Below, piece by piece: positions 49,612 through 60,140 of a DNA stretch of 64,000 nt; within the stretch, counting starts at the first letter, position 1; each line of letters starts with the position of its first letter. This stretch comes from an uncultured Chloroflexia bacterium. Lineage in GTDB: Bacteria > Chloroflexota > Limnocylindria > Limnocylindrales > CSP1-4. The DNA lies in assembly GCA_963768655.1 (NCBI GenBank), contig CAVYIM010000005.1:448001-512000 (forward strand), read 5' to 3'. The notes under the pieces were generated by a model. It worked only from the letters and a program-made list of their open reading frames with translations, was not told the origin of the DNA and ran no database searches. Made by a program: the position numbers and the translations under genes.

Positions 49612-52600
49612 ATGAGCGACGCCGAACGGAGGCCTCCGAGGCAGCCAGCGGTCGAACGCGGCCGGCCCGGCCAGGACGGCGCGGCCGGTTCGGCCGGCGG
49701 GAGGATCGGCGGGGCCGGAGCGGCCGGCAGACCCGGCGGGTCGAGTGACGCGACCGCCGAACCCGGCCTGGCGAGTGATGCGACCCCTGGACCCGGTTGC
49801 ACGCTGGACGGCCTGCTGGCGAGGACCGACCGGATCGACGTCTACCGGGCGCGGCTCGAGCCGGCGAGAGGCTCCGCCACCCCCATCCTGGCGAAGTTTC
49901 TGCGCGCCGCCTCGCCGGCGGCGGAAGAGATCGCCCGGTTCGACGCCGAGCGCGAGATGATCCGCTCGCTGAAGGTCGACGGCGTAGCACGCCTCGCCAG
50001 CGCCACAAAGACCCTGAGCGGCCGGCCCGCCATCGCGCTCGAGGCCGTCCCCGGCGAGCAGCTGCGGACCTTCGTCGACGGCCGGCCGCTGCCCCTCGGC
50101 CGTTTTCTGTCGATCGCGATCGAGATGACCGCCATCGTCGGCCGGCTCCACGCCGCCGGCGTCACGCACAAGGACCTCACGCCCGACCGTTTCCTGTGGG
50201 ACGAGAGAGATTCGCGCCTGACGTTGATCGACCTCGGCCGCGCGACGCGGCTCTCGAGGGAGCGGCTCGCGCCCTCGGGCCGCGCGGTGATCGACGGCCG
50301 GCCGGCCTATGTCTCGCCTGAGCAGACGGGCAGGATGAATCGGCCGCTGGACCATCGAACCGACTTCTACTCGCTGGGCATCTGCTTCTTCGAGATGCTC
50401 ACCGGCCACGTGCCGTTCGAATTGGACGACCCTCTCGAGATCGTCCACGGCCACATCGCCCGGCGGCCGGCACGAGTGGAAACACTGAACCCGGACGTGC
50501 CGGCCGCCGTCGGCGACATCGTGGCGCGACTCCTCGAGAAGAGCGCCCACGACCGCTATCAGTCCGCCGCCGGCCTCCGGGCCGACCTGGATCGCTGCCG
50601 CACCCAGCTGGTCGAAACGCATCGCGTCGAGCCGTTCCAGCTCGGGCAGGACGACGTCTCGACCGTGTTGCGGATTCCGGACCAGCTCTACGGCCGGGAT
50701 CGTGAGGTCGAAACGCTCCTTGCCGCGTTCGAGCATATCCGCGCGGGCGGCACCGATTTCATCCTCGTCGCCGGCCGGTCGGGGATCGGCAAGACTGCGC
50801 TCGTCGGAGAGATCCACAGGCCGGTCGCCACCCGGCGCGGTCACTTCGTCGAGGGCAGGTTCGACCCGCTCGGGCGAAACATCCCCTACTCCGGCTGGAT
50901 CGGCGCGTTCACCAACCTGGCCCACTCCCTGCTCATGGAGAGCCAGGCCGAGCTGGACGCGTGGCGGGCCCGACTCGCGGGCGCGCTCGCCACGAACGGG
51001 AGGGTCGTCACGGCCGTGATCCCAGACCTGCGTCTCGTGGTCGGACCTCAACCCGATGTTCCCAACCTCGGACCATCCGAGATGCAGAATCGTTTCCAGC
51101 GCGTCTTCGGCGAGATCGTACGGGCTCTGGCCACACCAGAACGGCCACTGGTCGTCTTCCTCGACGATCTGCAGTGGGCCGATCAGGCAAGCCTGGCGCT
51201 GCTCGAATTGCTGCTGGCCGACCGCGAATTGGCCCACGTGCTGATCGTCGGCGCATACCGGGACAACGAACTCGCCCCGGACCATTTGCTGACCGAATCG
51301 CTGGCACGGATCGAGAAGAGCGGCCGGCCCGTGACGACGATCAAGGTCGGCTCGCTGCGCGTTGGGGACGTGGCCCACCTGCTGGCCGACACGTTGCACT
51401 GCCCGATCGAGCGCACCGGCGAGCTGGCCCGGCTCGTGCACGCCAAGACGGACGGCAATCCGTGGTTCATCGCCGGGCTGCTCGAGGCCATGTTCGACTC
51501 CGGGCTGCTCGAATACAGCGGAGGCTGGCAATGGGATCTCGAGCGGGTCCGCCTGGCTCCGATCGGGGACGACATCGCCGACCTGATGGTCGGCCGCATC
51601 GCCGGGTTGCCGCCCGCCACGATGGCGGTCCTGAAGATGGCCGCCTGCACGGGCGTCGAGTTCGACCTGGACGTCGTGGCCCTGGCCCGGGGCAGGTCCG
51701 TGGCCGAGACGATCGCCGACCTGCAGCCGGCCTTCCAGGCCGGCATCGTCGAGGGCTCAGACAGAACCGGCCGGTTCATCCACGACCGGGTCAGCGAGGC
51801 GACGTACAACCTGATCTCCGCCGAAGAGCGCGAGGATCTCCACCATGCCATCGGCCGAACGCTGCTCACGGCGGCCGGCGGTGCCTGGCCGGAGGATCTG
51901 GTCTTCCGGATCGCCGAGCAGTTCAACGCCTCCGGTTCCCGCCTCACTACCGCCGAAAGGCCTATCGCGTTCCAGGCAAATCTCCAGGCAGGACGGCGAG
52001 CCAGGGCCTCGGCGGCTTTCGAGGCCGCGTCCCGCTTCTGCGCCAGGGCAGCCGAGCTGCTGCCCGAGAACGCCTGGGAGCTCGACTACGCGACCACGCT
52101 GGCGCTCTACACCGATTGGGCCGAAGCCGCGTACGCGGCCATGGACTATGGCCGCGCAGAGGAGCTCTTCGCGCTGGTCCTCGACCGGGCTGCCACTCTC
52201 ACCGACAGGATCCGGATCCACGTCGCCCAGATCGAGTACTCCCTGGCCTCGATGCGCTTCGAGGAGGCCCTCGAGGTGGTCGTCACGGTGATCGGGGAGC
52301 TCGGCATCCCGTTCGTGCCGCCGGCTGAGATCGACGAAGCCGCCACCGCGGAGCAGCTGGCCCAATTCATGGCCAACCTGGGCGACCGCAACCCGGCCGA
52401 GCTGGACCGCCTGCCGGCCGCCGCCTCCCCGTACAAGGAGGCGATCGAGGTCCTCGCCTCGGCCGACCCGCTGCTGTGGCTGGCCTATCCCGGCGCCGCC
52501 TTCTACGGGGTCCTTCAAGGCGCGAACCTGTCCATGGAACACGGCGTCTGCGGGGCGACCGCCGGAACGCTGGCATCGCTCGGATCGATCCTGTGCGCCA

Positions 52601-55600
52601 GGGGTCAGGTCGAGCTGGGTACGGCGATATGCGAGGCCGGGCTGCGATTGCTCGCCCGCTTCGACGAGCCATATCGACGGGCGATGGTCTTGCTCACTTA
52701 CCACAACTTCGTCGCCTGCTGGAAGAGCCCGCGGCGGCAATCGGTCGAACCGCTGCTGGCCGAGTACTACGAGGCGGCTCGGATCGGCGACAACCTCGGC
52801 GCGGCCAATCTGATCAGGGACCACCTGACGATGAGGTTGCAGTCGGGCGAAGAACTCCCCAGCGTGGCCGCCGCCTTCGACCAGTTCGCCGGCCCGTTCC
52901 TGCGCCTCAACCAGCCCAGCGCGGCCGTGACGTTCAGCATCCTGCGCCAGGCGACACAGGTTCTGTGCGGGAACGCTCCGGACCCGCTCGCGCTCGAAGG
53001 CGAGTTCTGGAGTGAGGCCCGCGACCTGCCTGAGCTGTGGAGGCTGAGATTCAGTGTCGCCATCGCCACCGTCGGCTTCGCGAAGCTCCTCATTGCGTCG
53101 GTCATGGGCGACTTCGGCGCCGCCCTGGAGTGGGTGACCCGCCCCGGTGTCGAGGAATGCAGGCGATCCGCGACGGGCCTCTACATGGAGTTCGTGTCGG
53201 CCGGCTGCACCGCCCTCGCCTACCTCCGCGGCGGCGGGACGGCGGACGAACGGCGGGAGGAACACCTTGCCAGCGCCGAGGCGATCGCCGCGCGGCTGCG
53301 GACTGCGGCGGAGGAGTATCCCCCCAATTTCCTGCCGCTCTATGCCCTGGTCGCGGCCGAGATCGCCCGCGTCAAGGATGAACCCTGGACCGCAATTCGC
53401 CACTACAACCAGGCCATTGCCGCGGCGCGCGGCCAGGAGTTCCCGCATCTCGAAGGCCTGGCCAACGAGTTGGCGGGTCTCTTCTGGCTGGACCAGGGCC
53501 GCGACGCGTACGCCCGGCCGCATCTGGCCGCTGCACTTTCCGCGTATCGGCGCTGGGGCGCGCGCCCCAAGGTAGCCCAGATGCTGGCCCAGCACCCGTG
53601 GCTTGCAGCGGAGGCGCGGGACGCGGGCGAGTCCGGGCCGCTCGATCTGAGGACCGTCGTGAAGGCCAGCCAGGCCATCTCCGGCGAGATCGAGCTGGAC
53701 CGGTTGCTGGCGCGCCTCCTGCAGATCACGATCGAGAACGCCGGGGCCGGCCGCGGCGTGCTGCTGCTGCGCCGGGGCAAGAGCCTGATCGTGGCCGCCG
53801 AGGCGTCGAGCGAGGAGCGAGCAGCGATTCTGACCAGCGCGCCTCTGGAGAGCCGCACGGACGTGGCCCACTCGATCGTCAACTACGTCGTCAGGTCGGG
53901 CCACAGCGTGCTCCTCGACGATGCCGCCAATGAGGGTGACTTCGTCGCGGATCCATCGATCGCGGCTCGCAAGCCACGTTCGGTGCTGTGTCTGCCGATC
54001 GCCCTCGGTGGCGCGCTGCTGGGTGTCGTCTACCTGGAGAACAACCTGGCCGCCGGTGCATTCGGCCCGGACCGCCTCGAGGTCCTGGAGATCCTGTGCG
54101 CCCAGGCGGCCATCTCCCTGGAGAACGCCCGCCTCTACGCCGAGCGCGATCGAGCCGCCGAGGCTCTCCGCCAGTCGGAAGAGAAGTTCCGCACGCTCGT
54201 CGAAAACACCGCGGACGTGGTCTTCGCCATGGACACGGAGGGCTGCTTCACGTACATCAGCCCGGCCATCGAGGCCCTCTCCGGGTACATGCCGGCCGAG
54301 GTTGTCGGACGGAGCTTCCGCGAGTTCACGCTGCCCGAAGAGCTGGCTCGGGTGGCGTCCAGCTTTGCCGCCGCGCTCGGCGGGACGATCGCGCCGATCG
54401 AGTTCCGCGGGCTGGCGCGGGATGGCCGCGTCGTGCACATTCGCGTGTCCGGCCGTCCGCAGTTCGAGGACGGCAAGCCCGTCGGCTTCACGGGCATCTT
54501 CACCGACATCAGTGAGCGCCGCGAACTTCAGGAACAACTCCTCCAGGCCATGAAGATGGAGAGCATCGGCCGCCTGGCCGGAGGTGTCGCCCACGACTTC
54601 AACAACCTGTTGACGGCCATCCTCGGGAACGCGGAACTGGCCATGCTGGAGCTGCCGCCGGACGCTGAGGCCCGCGAGGCGATCGCCGAGATCGCCAAGG
54701 CCGGGCAGCGCGCTTCGAGTCTGACCAGACAGCTGCTCGCCTTCGCCAGCAAACAGATCGTGGCGCCGGTCAGGCTGAGCCTCAGCACTGTCGTCTCGGA
54801 TTCCGAGCGAATGTTGAGCCGTCTGCTCGGCGAGGACATCGAGATCACGACAGTCCTCGACCCCCATCTTGCCGCGGTCGAGGCCGACCCGGGGCAGATG
54901 GAGCAGCTCCTCGTCAACCTGACCATCAACGCCCGCGACGCCATGCCGAACGGCGGGCATCTGGTCATCGAGACTCGAAACGCCCTCGTGGAAGCCGGGG
55001 GGCCAGGCGGCAGCTCTGAGGTCGCGCCCGGGCCCTGGGTAGTCCTGACCGTCACCGACACCGGCGAGGGAATGTCGGCCGAGACGATGTCACACATCTT
55101 CGAGCCGTTCTTCACGACCAAGGAGGCGGGCAAGGGGACGGGTCTCGGCCTGGCGACCTGCCACGGCATCGTCAAGCAGAACCGGGGCCACATTTTCGTC
55201 TTCAGCGAACCGGGCCTTGGCTCGACCTTCCGCATCATGCTGCCGACCGCGTCCCGCGAGGTCGCGGCCGCTGGCCACGAGCAGACGCCTCCGACGTCGA
55301 TCGATGGAACGGAAACGATCCTGGTGGTCGAGGACGAAGAGCAGGTTCGACGGCTGGCGGTCCTCGGGTTGCGCGCTCACGGCTACACCGTCATCGAGGC
55401 CGCGGGCGGCGCACAGGCCCTGAAGATCGTCGGCCGCGCCGATACCCGCCTGGACCTCGTCGTCAGCGACGTGGTGATGCCCGGCATGGGCGGCCTCGAG
55501 CTGGAACGGCGCCTGGCCCGGATCAGACCGGCCCTGCCGCTTATCCTGGCTTCCGGCCACGCCGAAACTCTGGTCGCCTCAGAGCAGACAGGCCGCGGCG

Positions 55601-55707
55601 GCGTGGCATTCGTCCAGAAGCCGTTCACGCCCGAGCAGCTCGCCCGCAAGGTGCGTGAGGTCCTCGATGCGACCGCGCCGCCGGAGTCGCCGCCGGCCGA
55701 AGGCTAA
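49612..55707 (+). CDS. hybrid Ser/Thr kinase-like / AAA ATPase / GAF / PAS / histidine kinase / receiver protein
   Basis: Y.SPEQTGRMNR..D.RTDFYSLG, GRSGIGKT, VFLDDLQWAD, YLENNL (GAF), PAS, AHDFNNLL, FTTK..GKGTGLGL, receiver VEDE...DVVMP...KPF; start uncertain. Confidence 0.93.
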   Translation: MSDAERRPPRQPAVERGRPGQDGAAGSAGGRIGGAGAAGRPGGSSDATAEPGLASDATPGPGCTLDGLLARTDRIDVYRARLEPARGSATPILAKFLRAASPAAEEIARFDAEREMIRSLKVDGVARLASATKTLSGRPAIALEAVPGEQLRTFVDGRPLPLGRFLSIAIEMTAIVGRLHAAGVTHKDLTPDRFLWDERDSRLTLIDLGRATRLSRERLAPSGRAVIDGRPAYVSPEQTGRMNRPLDHRTDFYSLGICFFEMLTGHVPFELDDPLEIVHGHIARRPARVETLNPDVPAAVGDIVARLLEKSAHDRYQSAAGLRADLDRCRTQLVETHRVEPFQLGQDDVSTVLRIPDQLYGRDREVETLLAAFEHIRAGGTDFILVAGRSGIGKTALVGEIHRPVATRRGHFVEGRFDPLGRNIPYSGWIGAFTNLAHSLLMESQAELDAWRARLAGALATNGRVVTAVIPDLRLVVGPQPDVPNLGPSEMQNRFQRVFGEIVRALATPERPLVVFLDDLQWADQASLALLELLLADRELAHVLIVGAYRDNELAPDHLLTESLARIEKSGRPVTTIKVGSLRVGDVAHLLADTLHCPIERTGELARLVHAKTDGNPWFIAGLLEAMFDSGLLEYSGGWQWDLERVRLAPIGDDIADLMVGRIAGLPPATMAVLKMAACTGVEFDLDVVALARGRSVAETIADLQPAFQAGIVEGSDRTGRFIHDRVSEATYNLISAEEREDLHHAIGRTLLTAAGGAWPEDLVFRIAEQFNASGSRLTTAERPIAFQANLQAGRRARASAAFEAASRFCARAAELLPENAWELDYATTLALYTDWAEAAYAAMDYGRAEELFALVLDRAATLTDRIRIHVAQIEYSLASMRFEEALEVVVTVIGELGIPFVPPAEIDEAATAEQLAQFMANLGDRNPAELDRLPAAASPYKEAIEVLASADPLLWLAYPGAAFYGVLQGANLSMEHGVCGATAGTLASLGSILCARGQVELGTAICEAGLRLLARFDEPYRRAMVLLTYHNFVACWKSPRRQSVEPLLAEYYEAARIGDNLGAANLIRDHLTMRLQSGEELPSVAAAFDQFAGPFLRLNQPSAAVTFSILRQATQVLCGNAPDPLALEGEFWSEARDLPELWRLRFSVAIATVGFAKLLIASVMGDFGAALEWVTRPGVEECRRSATGLYMEFVSAGCTALAYLRGGGTADERREEHLASAEAIAARLRTAAEEYPPNFLPLYALVAAEIARVKDEPWTAIRHYNQAIAAARGQEFPHLEGLANELAGLFWLDQGRDAYARPHLAAALSAYRRWGARPKVAQMLAQHPWLAAEARDAGESGPLDLRTVVKASQAISGEIELDRLLARLLQITIENAGAGRGVLLLRRGKSLIVAAEASSEERAAILTSAPLESRTDVAHSIVNYVVRSGHSVLLDDAANEGDFVADPSIAARKPRSVLCLPIALGGALLGVVYLENNLAAGAFGPDRLEVLEILCAQAAISLENARLYAERDRAAEALRQSEEKFRTLVENTADVVFAMDTEGCFTYISPAIEALSGYMPAEVVGRSFREFTLPEELARVASSFAAALGGTIAPIEFRGLARDGRVVHIRVSGRPQFEDGKPVGFTGIFTDISERRELQEQLLQAMKMESIGRLAGGVAHDFNNLLTAILGNAELAMLELPPDAEAREAIAEIAKAGQRASSLTRQLLAFASKQIVAPVRLSLSTVVSDSERMLSRLLGEDIEITTVLDPHLAAVEADPGQMEQLLVNLTINARDAMPNGGHLVIETRNALVEAGGPGGSSEVAPGPWVVLTVTDTGEGMSAETMSHIFEPFFTTKEAGKGTGLGLATCHGIVKQNRGHIFVFSEPGLGSTFRIMLPTASREVAAAGHEQTPPTSIDGTETILVVEDEEQVRRLAVLGLRAHGYTVIEAAGGAQALKIVGRADTRLDLVVSDVVMPGMGGLELERRLARIRPALPLILASGHAETLVASEQTGRGGVAFVQKPFTPEQLARKVREVLDATAPPESPPAEG

Positions 55708-55725
55708 TCGTTCGCCCGGCCACGA

Positions 55726-56631
55726 TCAGGTCTGTGTCGGAAACCCCGCCAGACGAGCGGCCGGCCCGTCCGGTTGCATCACGCTCTTGAGGCTCGCCCA
55801 CGGAATCAGGACGGAGGGCATCCCAACCGCGGAGGTGCCCACCTGGAACTCGGCGAACGTGACCTTGAGGCCGGAGGGTGTGAGGGCCCAGTTGTCGAAG
55901 TTGTCCGCCGCCGCGGCCGCACCGGCGTCGACGACCGTGGCGTTGTAGTCCTTGCCCAGCGACTTGCGTAGCTGCGCCTTGGACTGCTCGGAGATGATCG
56001 CCGCGGCCGCCTGCGTGTCCACGAAGATCTGGTCGAAGCCAAGGCGCTGGCCGCTGTCGAGCGCGTAGTTCAGTGTTTCGATGGTGGTGTCAGGGTGCCC
56101 CGGCGTCGTGTCGTCGACCCATTTCAGCGTGAAGCTCACCAGGTCCGGCGAGATCATGTTGACGGTGAACAAGCCGGTCAGGGTGTTGGTCTTGCCCGGA
56201 AGCTGCTGTACCGCGGCGGGACCAGCCTCGAAAGTCTGGATCTGCGTGGTGACTTCATCGTAAATGTCCTCATTCATGACGCCCGCCAGGGGTGTGCTCC
56301 CGACCTGGAACTGCGGATAGCGCCAGACAACGAACCAGAGCCGGCCGGGATCGTGATCGCCGCTATAGATGGTGAGGATGACCGGCGTCGTCGTGGGGAT
56401 CGGCACGGTCATCAACGGCGAAGCTGTTTCGGTCGGCGAAGCCAGCGCCGTTGGCGCTTCGGGGGCGATCGTGGGCACGGCCGTAGGGCTCGCGGAGGGT
56501 GAGGGCGTCGCGTCGGGCGTCGTGTTCGCGAGGATCGTCATGGCGGTCGTCACGCCCACGAGACCGACGAGCGCGAGTCCCGCGATCGGAAACAGGGCCT
56601 TGATTCCTCTCACGAGGGGGTTCGACTCCAT
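55726..56631 (-). CDS. exported RsiV/DUF3298-like protein with Pro/Thr linker
   Basis: N-terminal TM segment, P/T/S linker, TLNY.L.SGQRL...IF, F.LT..GL.V.F..FQV, V.IPW..L pattern. Confidence 0.75.
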   Translation of the reverse strand: MESNPLVRGIKALFPIAGLALVGLVGVTTAMTILANTTPDATPSPSASPTAVPTIAPEAPTALASPTETASPLMTVPIPTTTPVILTIYSGDHDPGRLWFVVWRYPQFQVGSTPLAGVMNEDIYDEVTTQIQTFEAGPAAVQQLPGKTNTLTGLFTVNMISPDLVSFTLKWVDDTTPGHPDTTIETLNYALDSGQRLGFDQIFVDTQAAAAIISEQSKAQLRKSLGKDYNATVVDAGAAAAADNFDNWALTPSGLKVTFAEFQVGTSAVGMPSVLIPWASLKSVMQPDGPAARLAGFPTQT

Positions 56632-56746
56632 GGCACGAGTATGGACCGACAGGCGCTTTCTCCGCTTGTAGGAGGCTCGGGAGACCCGCGACGGCCGTCA
56701 GGGGGCGACTGGTGGCTCAACGCACGTGACATGGGAGCCCTCACTT

Positions 56747-56809
56747 GAGCTGAGATTGCCACAAATCTCTCGATCAGCGGTATTCAAGTCCAGGCGACAG
56801 CGTTTGCGG
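56747..56809 (-). mobile_element. degenerate att site (decayed copy of the tRNA-Ser(TGA) 3' fragment plus island flank)
   Basis: tgagatt...ctctcgatcagcggtattcaagtccaggcgacagcgtttgcgg aligns with tgagatt...ctctcgtccagcggttttcaagtctgggtcgaagcgttcgcgg at 58687-58750. Confidence 0.65.
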
Positions 56810-57228
56810 ATCAAGTGCCCAAGCACGGATCACCCATCCGCCCAGGCTTTGCGACCGGCTCGGTTCGCCCCTGCGGCTGCCGGCCGCTGCTGCCGAAGGG
56901 CCCGACCTCGGCCCAAGGCGCTGCCACGCTCGGCTGGGCTCGATCGCCTGAGCGCTTCTTGGGCTCGAGGGAGCAGCCACATCGCTCACGTAGTACGGGG
57001 ACAGTGGCCACGAGTTCGGGACAGGTGACGGGCAGCAACCACTATCCCCCCCACACGAACCCGCTTCGACCGCTGGTTTCAGGCCGAAGCCGACTGCCTC
57101 GCCTAACTAGCGAAGCCGCACGGTTCTGCCAGGAATCTGCCCGCGCCCGGCGCGACGCGTAGATGAAACCGCCGGAAGGGGAGAGCTGAGCCTTCGATCG
57201 CGGGTCTGGGGACAGGCTGCTCCGGCGC

Positions 57229-57420
57229 TTACTTGACCTCGCGCTCCAGCAGGACCGGCAGCGTCTTGGTCGCGAACGAGGCGTGCGCCATGAGATCCAC
57301 GGCCACGACGCGCCAGCCGTCCTTGGCGAACACGTTGAGGTGCTCCACCAGCTGGTCGAGGCGGGCCTCGGGCTCGTCCTTCCAGTGCACCTGCTCGACC
57401 TTGTACTCTACGCGAGCCAC
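57229..57420 (-). CDS. small DUF4177-like protein (63 aa)
   Basis: EYKV...LN.F.KDGWRVV.V...LLERE pattern; AAGGAAGGAG RBS before GTG. Confidence 0.75.
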   Translation of the reverse strand: MARVEYKVEQVHWKDEPEARLDQLVEHLNVFAKDGWRVVAVDLMAHASFATKTLPVLLEREVK

Positions 57421-57774
57421 GGCATGCTCCTTCCTTGCTTCGGGGCTGGCGTCCGCGAGCCCCACCGAACTCGACTCTGCGCAAAGCGTAGGAGCGGTGT
57501 GCGCCACGAAAGATCGAATCTTTGTCAAATTGCGGGGGAGCTTCCGTGCGATCCACCGCGCTAACACCTGGGCGAATGGGTCGCCGCCGAGGGCGCCATC
57601 CGGAACCTGCCGCAGGACAAGATCCGCACACCCGACCAGGCCGACTGGCACCGCGTCTACGTGGGGTCGACTGAGGCTACCAGCACGCCTTCGCCTGCGA
57701 CGGTCCGCTCTCGGTCAATCCGTTCCGCCGGTCTCGACGGCGGCCTCGCTCAATCCCCTCCTGACATCGGAGTG

Positions 57775-58212
57775 ACGCCCGCGTCTGGCTCCATCTGGTA
57801 CGCCACCGGAGCGCGTTGAAGTGCCGCATCCATGCCACGCTCATGACCTTCGGCCACCAACTCCCGGTCACTGACCTGTTCGGGACATCCGGCCGCGAGC
57901 GACTCGCGGGCCTGGCGCTGCCCAAGCCTTGGGCCAGGACCATGGCCGCGAGCCTGGCCATGGTCGACGAGCTCGACGAGCGGATCGACGAGTGCGGGCG
58001 AGAGCTCATACGCCTCGGCGTCGGCCACCCCTACATCCCGCTGCTTCTGACCGTACCCGGCGTCGGCCCGCTTCTCGCCTACAGCATCGCGTCCGAGATC
58101 GGCGACATTGCCCGCTTCGCCAGTCCGAAGAAGCTCACCGGATACACCGGCCCGTGCGGCCGCCAGCGTGGCGCCAAGGTCGCCCACGCCGACATTGCCC
58201 GCCAGCTCGCCG
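57775..58212 (+). pseudogene. IS110-family transposase remnant
   Basis: LLLTVPGVGPLLAYSIASEIGDIARFASPKKLTGYTG followed directly by GRQRGAKVA..DIARQLA; no N-terminal DEDD domain and the internal serine-motif segment is missing. Confidence 0.8.
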
Positions 58213-58530
58213 CGACTGACTCCCTGCGGGTTCTCGACGACGATCTCGTACCTGGCGGAGTGATAGCGGAAGGCGATCTCGTAGCCCGGCCAGGCCCGCG
58301 GGATGCATGGGTCAAGAAGGAGCGTCGTTCCGCGCAGACGGAATCCGAGGATCCACTCGACGCCGGCCTGGTACATCCAGCCCGCCGACCCGGTGTACCA
58401 GGTCCAACCGCCGCGGCCGACATGCGGCGGTTCGGTGTAGACGTCGGCCGCCATCACGTACGGCTCCACCTTGTATCGCTGAACCCCCGCCCGCGTGCTG
58501 GCGTGGTTGATGGGGTTGAGGATTGACGGC
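58213..58530 (-). pseudogene. C-terminal fragment of a GH94 glycoside phosphorylase / cyclic beta-1,2-glucan synthase
   Basis: LNPINH, YKVEPYVMAADVY, GRGGWTWYTGSAGWMY, DPCIPRAWPGY; only ~105 aa remain. Confidence 0.82.
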
Positions 58531-58592
58531 GGGGCTTCTGCCACGGCAGCGTTCCTCCTTCATAGGAGCGCGTACCTGTTCTGGATCTTGTG

Positions 58593-58620
58593 CTGTTGCT
58601 TACCGGCGTTGCTACCGGCA
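58593..58620. repeat. tandem direct repeats (GTTGCTACCGG-like), probable integrase arm-type sites; matching pair at 58821-58846
   Basis: ctgttgcttaccggcgttgctaccggc on the left and ctgttgctaccggctgttgctaccgg on the right of the tRNA fragment. Confidence 0.65.
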
Positions 58621-58675
58621 GTTCGCAGGCTGAGCCGCCGACAACCTCAAATGGCCCAATTCACGCTCAGGTGAG

Positions 58676-58729
58676 TGGCGGAGAGGGTGAGATTCGAACT
58701 CACGGGACTCTCGTCCAGCGGTTTTCAAG
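58676..58729 (-). mobile_element. att site: 3' half of tRNA-Ser(TGA), from anticodon loop to CCA
   Basis: CTTGAAA-ACCGC-variable arm-GTGAGTTCGAATCTCAC-CCTCTCC-G-CCA; 5' half absent (anticodon stem has no partner). Confidence 0.88.
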
Positions 58730-58891
58730 TCTGGGTCGAAGCGTTCGCGGGGGTTCGTCGATGGCCAATTCACGAGGGAATCGGCCAATTCCCGGGCCTC
58801 GAATCCGCCGACGTTCGCCCCTGTTGCTACCGGCTGTTGCTACCGGTAGGCTGCCCGTCGTGACCTGCAGTAGTTGTGCCAACTTGATCGA

Positions 58892-60100
58892 CTAGACTCC
58901 CGGTTTGGGCCCGCCGGCCGTCGCCAGCGCTTGATCTACCTCAGCTTCGGTCATCTCCCGGTCGTTCTCAGGACTCTCCTGCGAGGGAGGGGGGAACAGC
59001 GGAACGATAACTGCCCTCGCAAGAGACTGATCGATCCCTGACAGGAACCGCCCCACCGAGTACGTCTCCGCGAGGATATTCCATAGCTGGTTGCGCAAGA
59101 CGAAAAGCGTTCGCATCGTGATGGCGCTCACAGTCACTCCACCGATCGCCCCACTCCTAGAGGCAGCACCTAGACGCGCCATTTCCCGACCAGGCCACTC
59201 GTCGTCAGTCCGGCCCCGCATCGTGAGATCGAATTGAGCGATCCGCTCGCCGAGGTCTAGGAGTTGTGCCTGCAGCGGGCCAACGCGGAATGTCGAGGAC
59301 GTAGCGTCGAACTCCAGGAACTCGCCGCTAGCCACGGAATCGTCGAGAGCCTTTCTCCGTAGCCCGCGAGCGCCTGCCGGCGCCAACATCCAGAACCACG
59401 TCAGCCGGCGAGCCTGGTCATTCGTAAGGTCGACCTCGGAATCGCGCCCAGCGTCATCTTCGCGGAGTTCCGGAATCGATTCCTTCGAGAACACGCTAGG
59501 TATCGGCAAAGCCGGGTGGCCAGCTCGGGCATAGTGGCAAGCTTTGATGTTCGCCCTGAGCTCCCAGAGGAGATTGGCCTCCAACGCGCGGCGGCGCAGT
59601 GGACGGGACAGGCGGAGGACCGCTCCGAGAGTGTCGGCGACGTCGCGGAAGGAATCGAACTTGTGGATCCAGTTGGAAACTCCCGGCCGTTCGGCCGCGA
59701 CCTCGGTGAGGAAGGCTCGAAATCAGCGGCCAGTCTTCGATATCCGGCACCGACTCCACGTTGTGCCGCCAAGAGTTGAAGACCGAGCCCCTAGCGAAGG
59801 GGATGAGCTGGAGCCTGCCCTCGGATGCCAACTGTCGCGCCCGACGGTATTCGGCTCGCGTCACCGAGATCCCATCATCGAACTGGGACCCGTAGCGGTC
59901 TCCGACGATGAGGACGAAGTAGTCGGAGGCCTCGATTGCTTGGACCGCGGCAAGCCGGGCGGTCTCATCGAGTGAATGCGGAAACGTCGGGAATTCGCTC
60001 AAAATGACTTCGAAGCCGGACTCCTCAAGGAAGTACTTGATGGTCGAGCGCAGGTCGGCCAAATCAACGATTGTCGAGCTCACGAATACCCGAGGAGTCC
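58892..60100 (-). pseudogene. DUF4062-domain protein, frameshifted at ~59714
   Basis: PRVFVSST..DL...R, SDYFVLIVGDRYGS, ISVTRAEYRRA; continues in another frame as FLTEV...NWIHKFDSF into ORF 58892-59584. Confidence 0.78.
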
Positions 60101-60140
60101 CGGCGAGCTGCGGAGAGCCTCCGACCCTTCGATTCCACTG

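Noticed and set aside
57775-58526. Active IS110 bridge-recombinase system or a novel IS110-GH94 fusion
   Set aside because: The transposase lacks its N-terminal catalytic domain and has an internal deletion; the GH94 piece is on the opposite strand; I could not identify a bridge-RNA region.
58676-58729. A fourth intact tRNA-Ser gene
   Set aside because: The 5' half (acceptor 5' strand, D arm, 5' anticodon stem) is missing, so it is treated as an att remnant.
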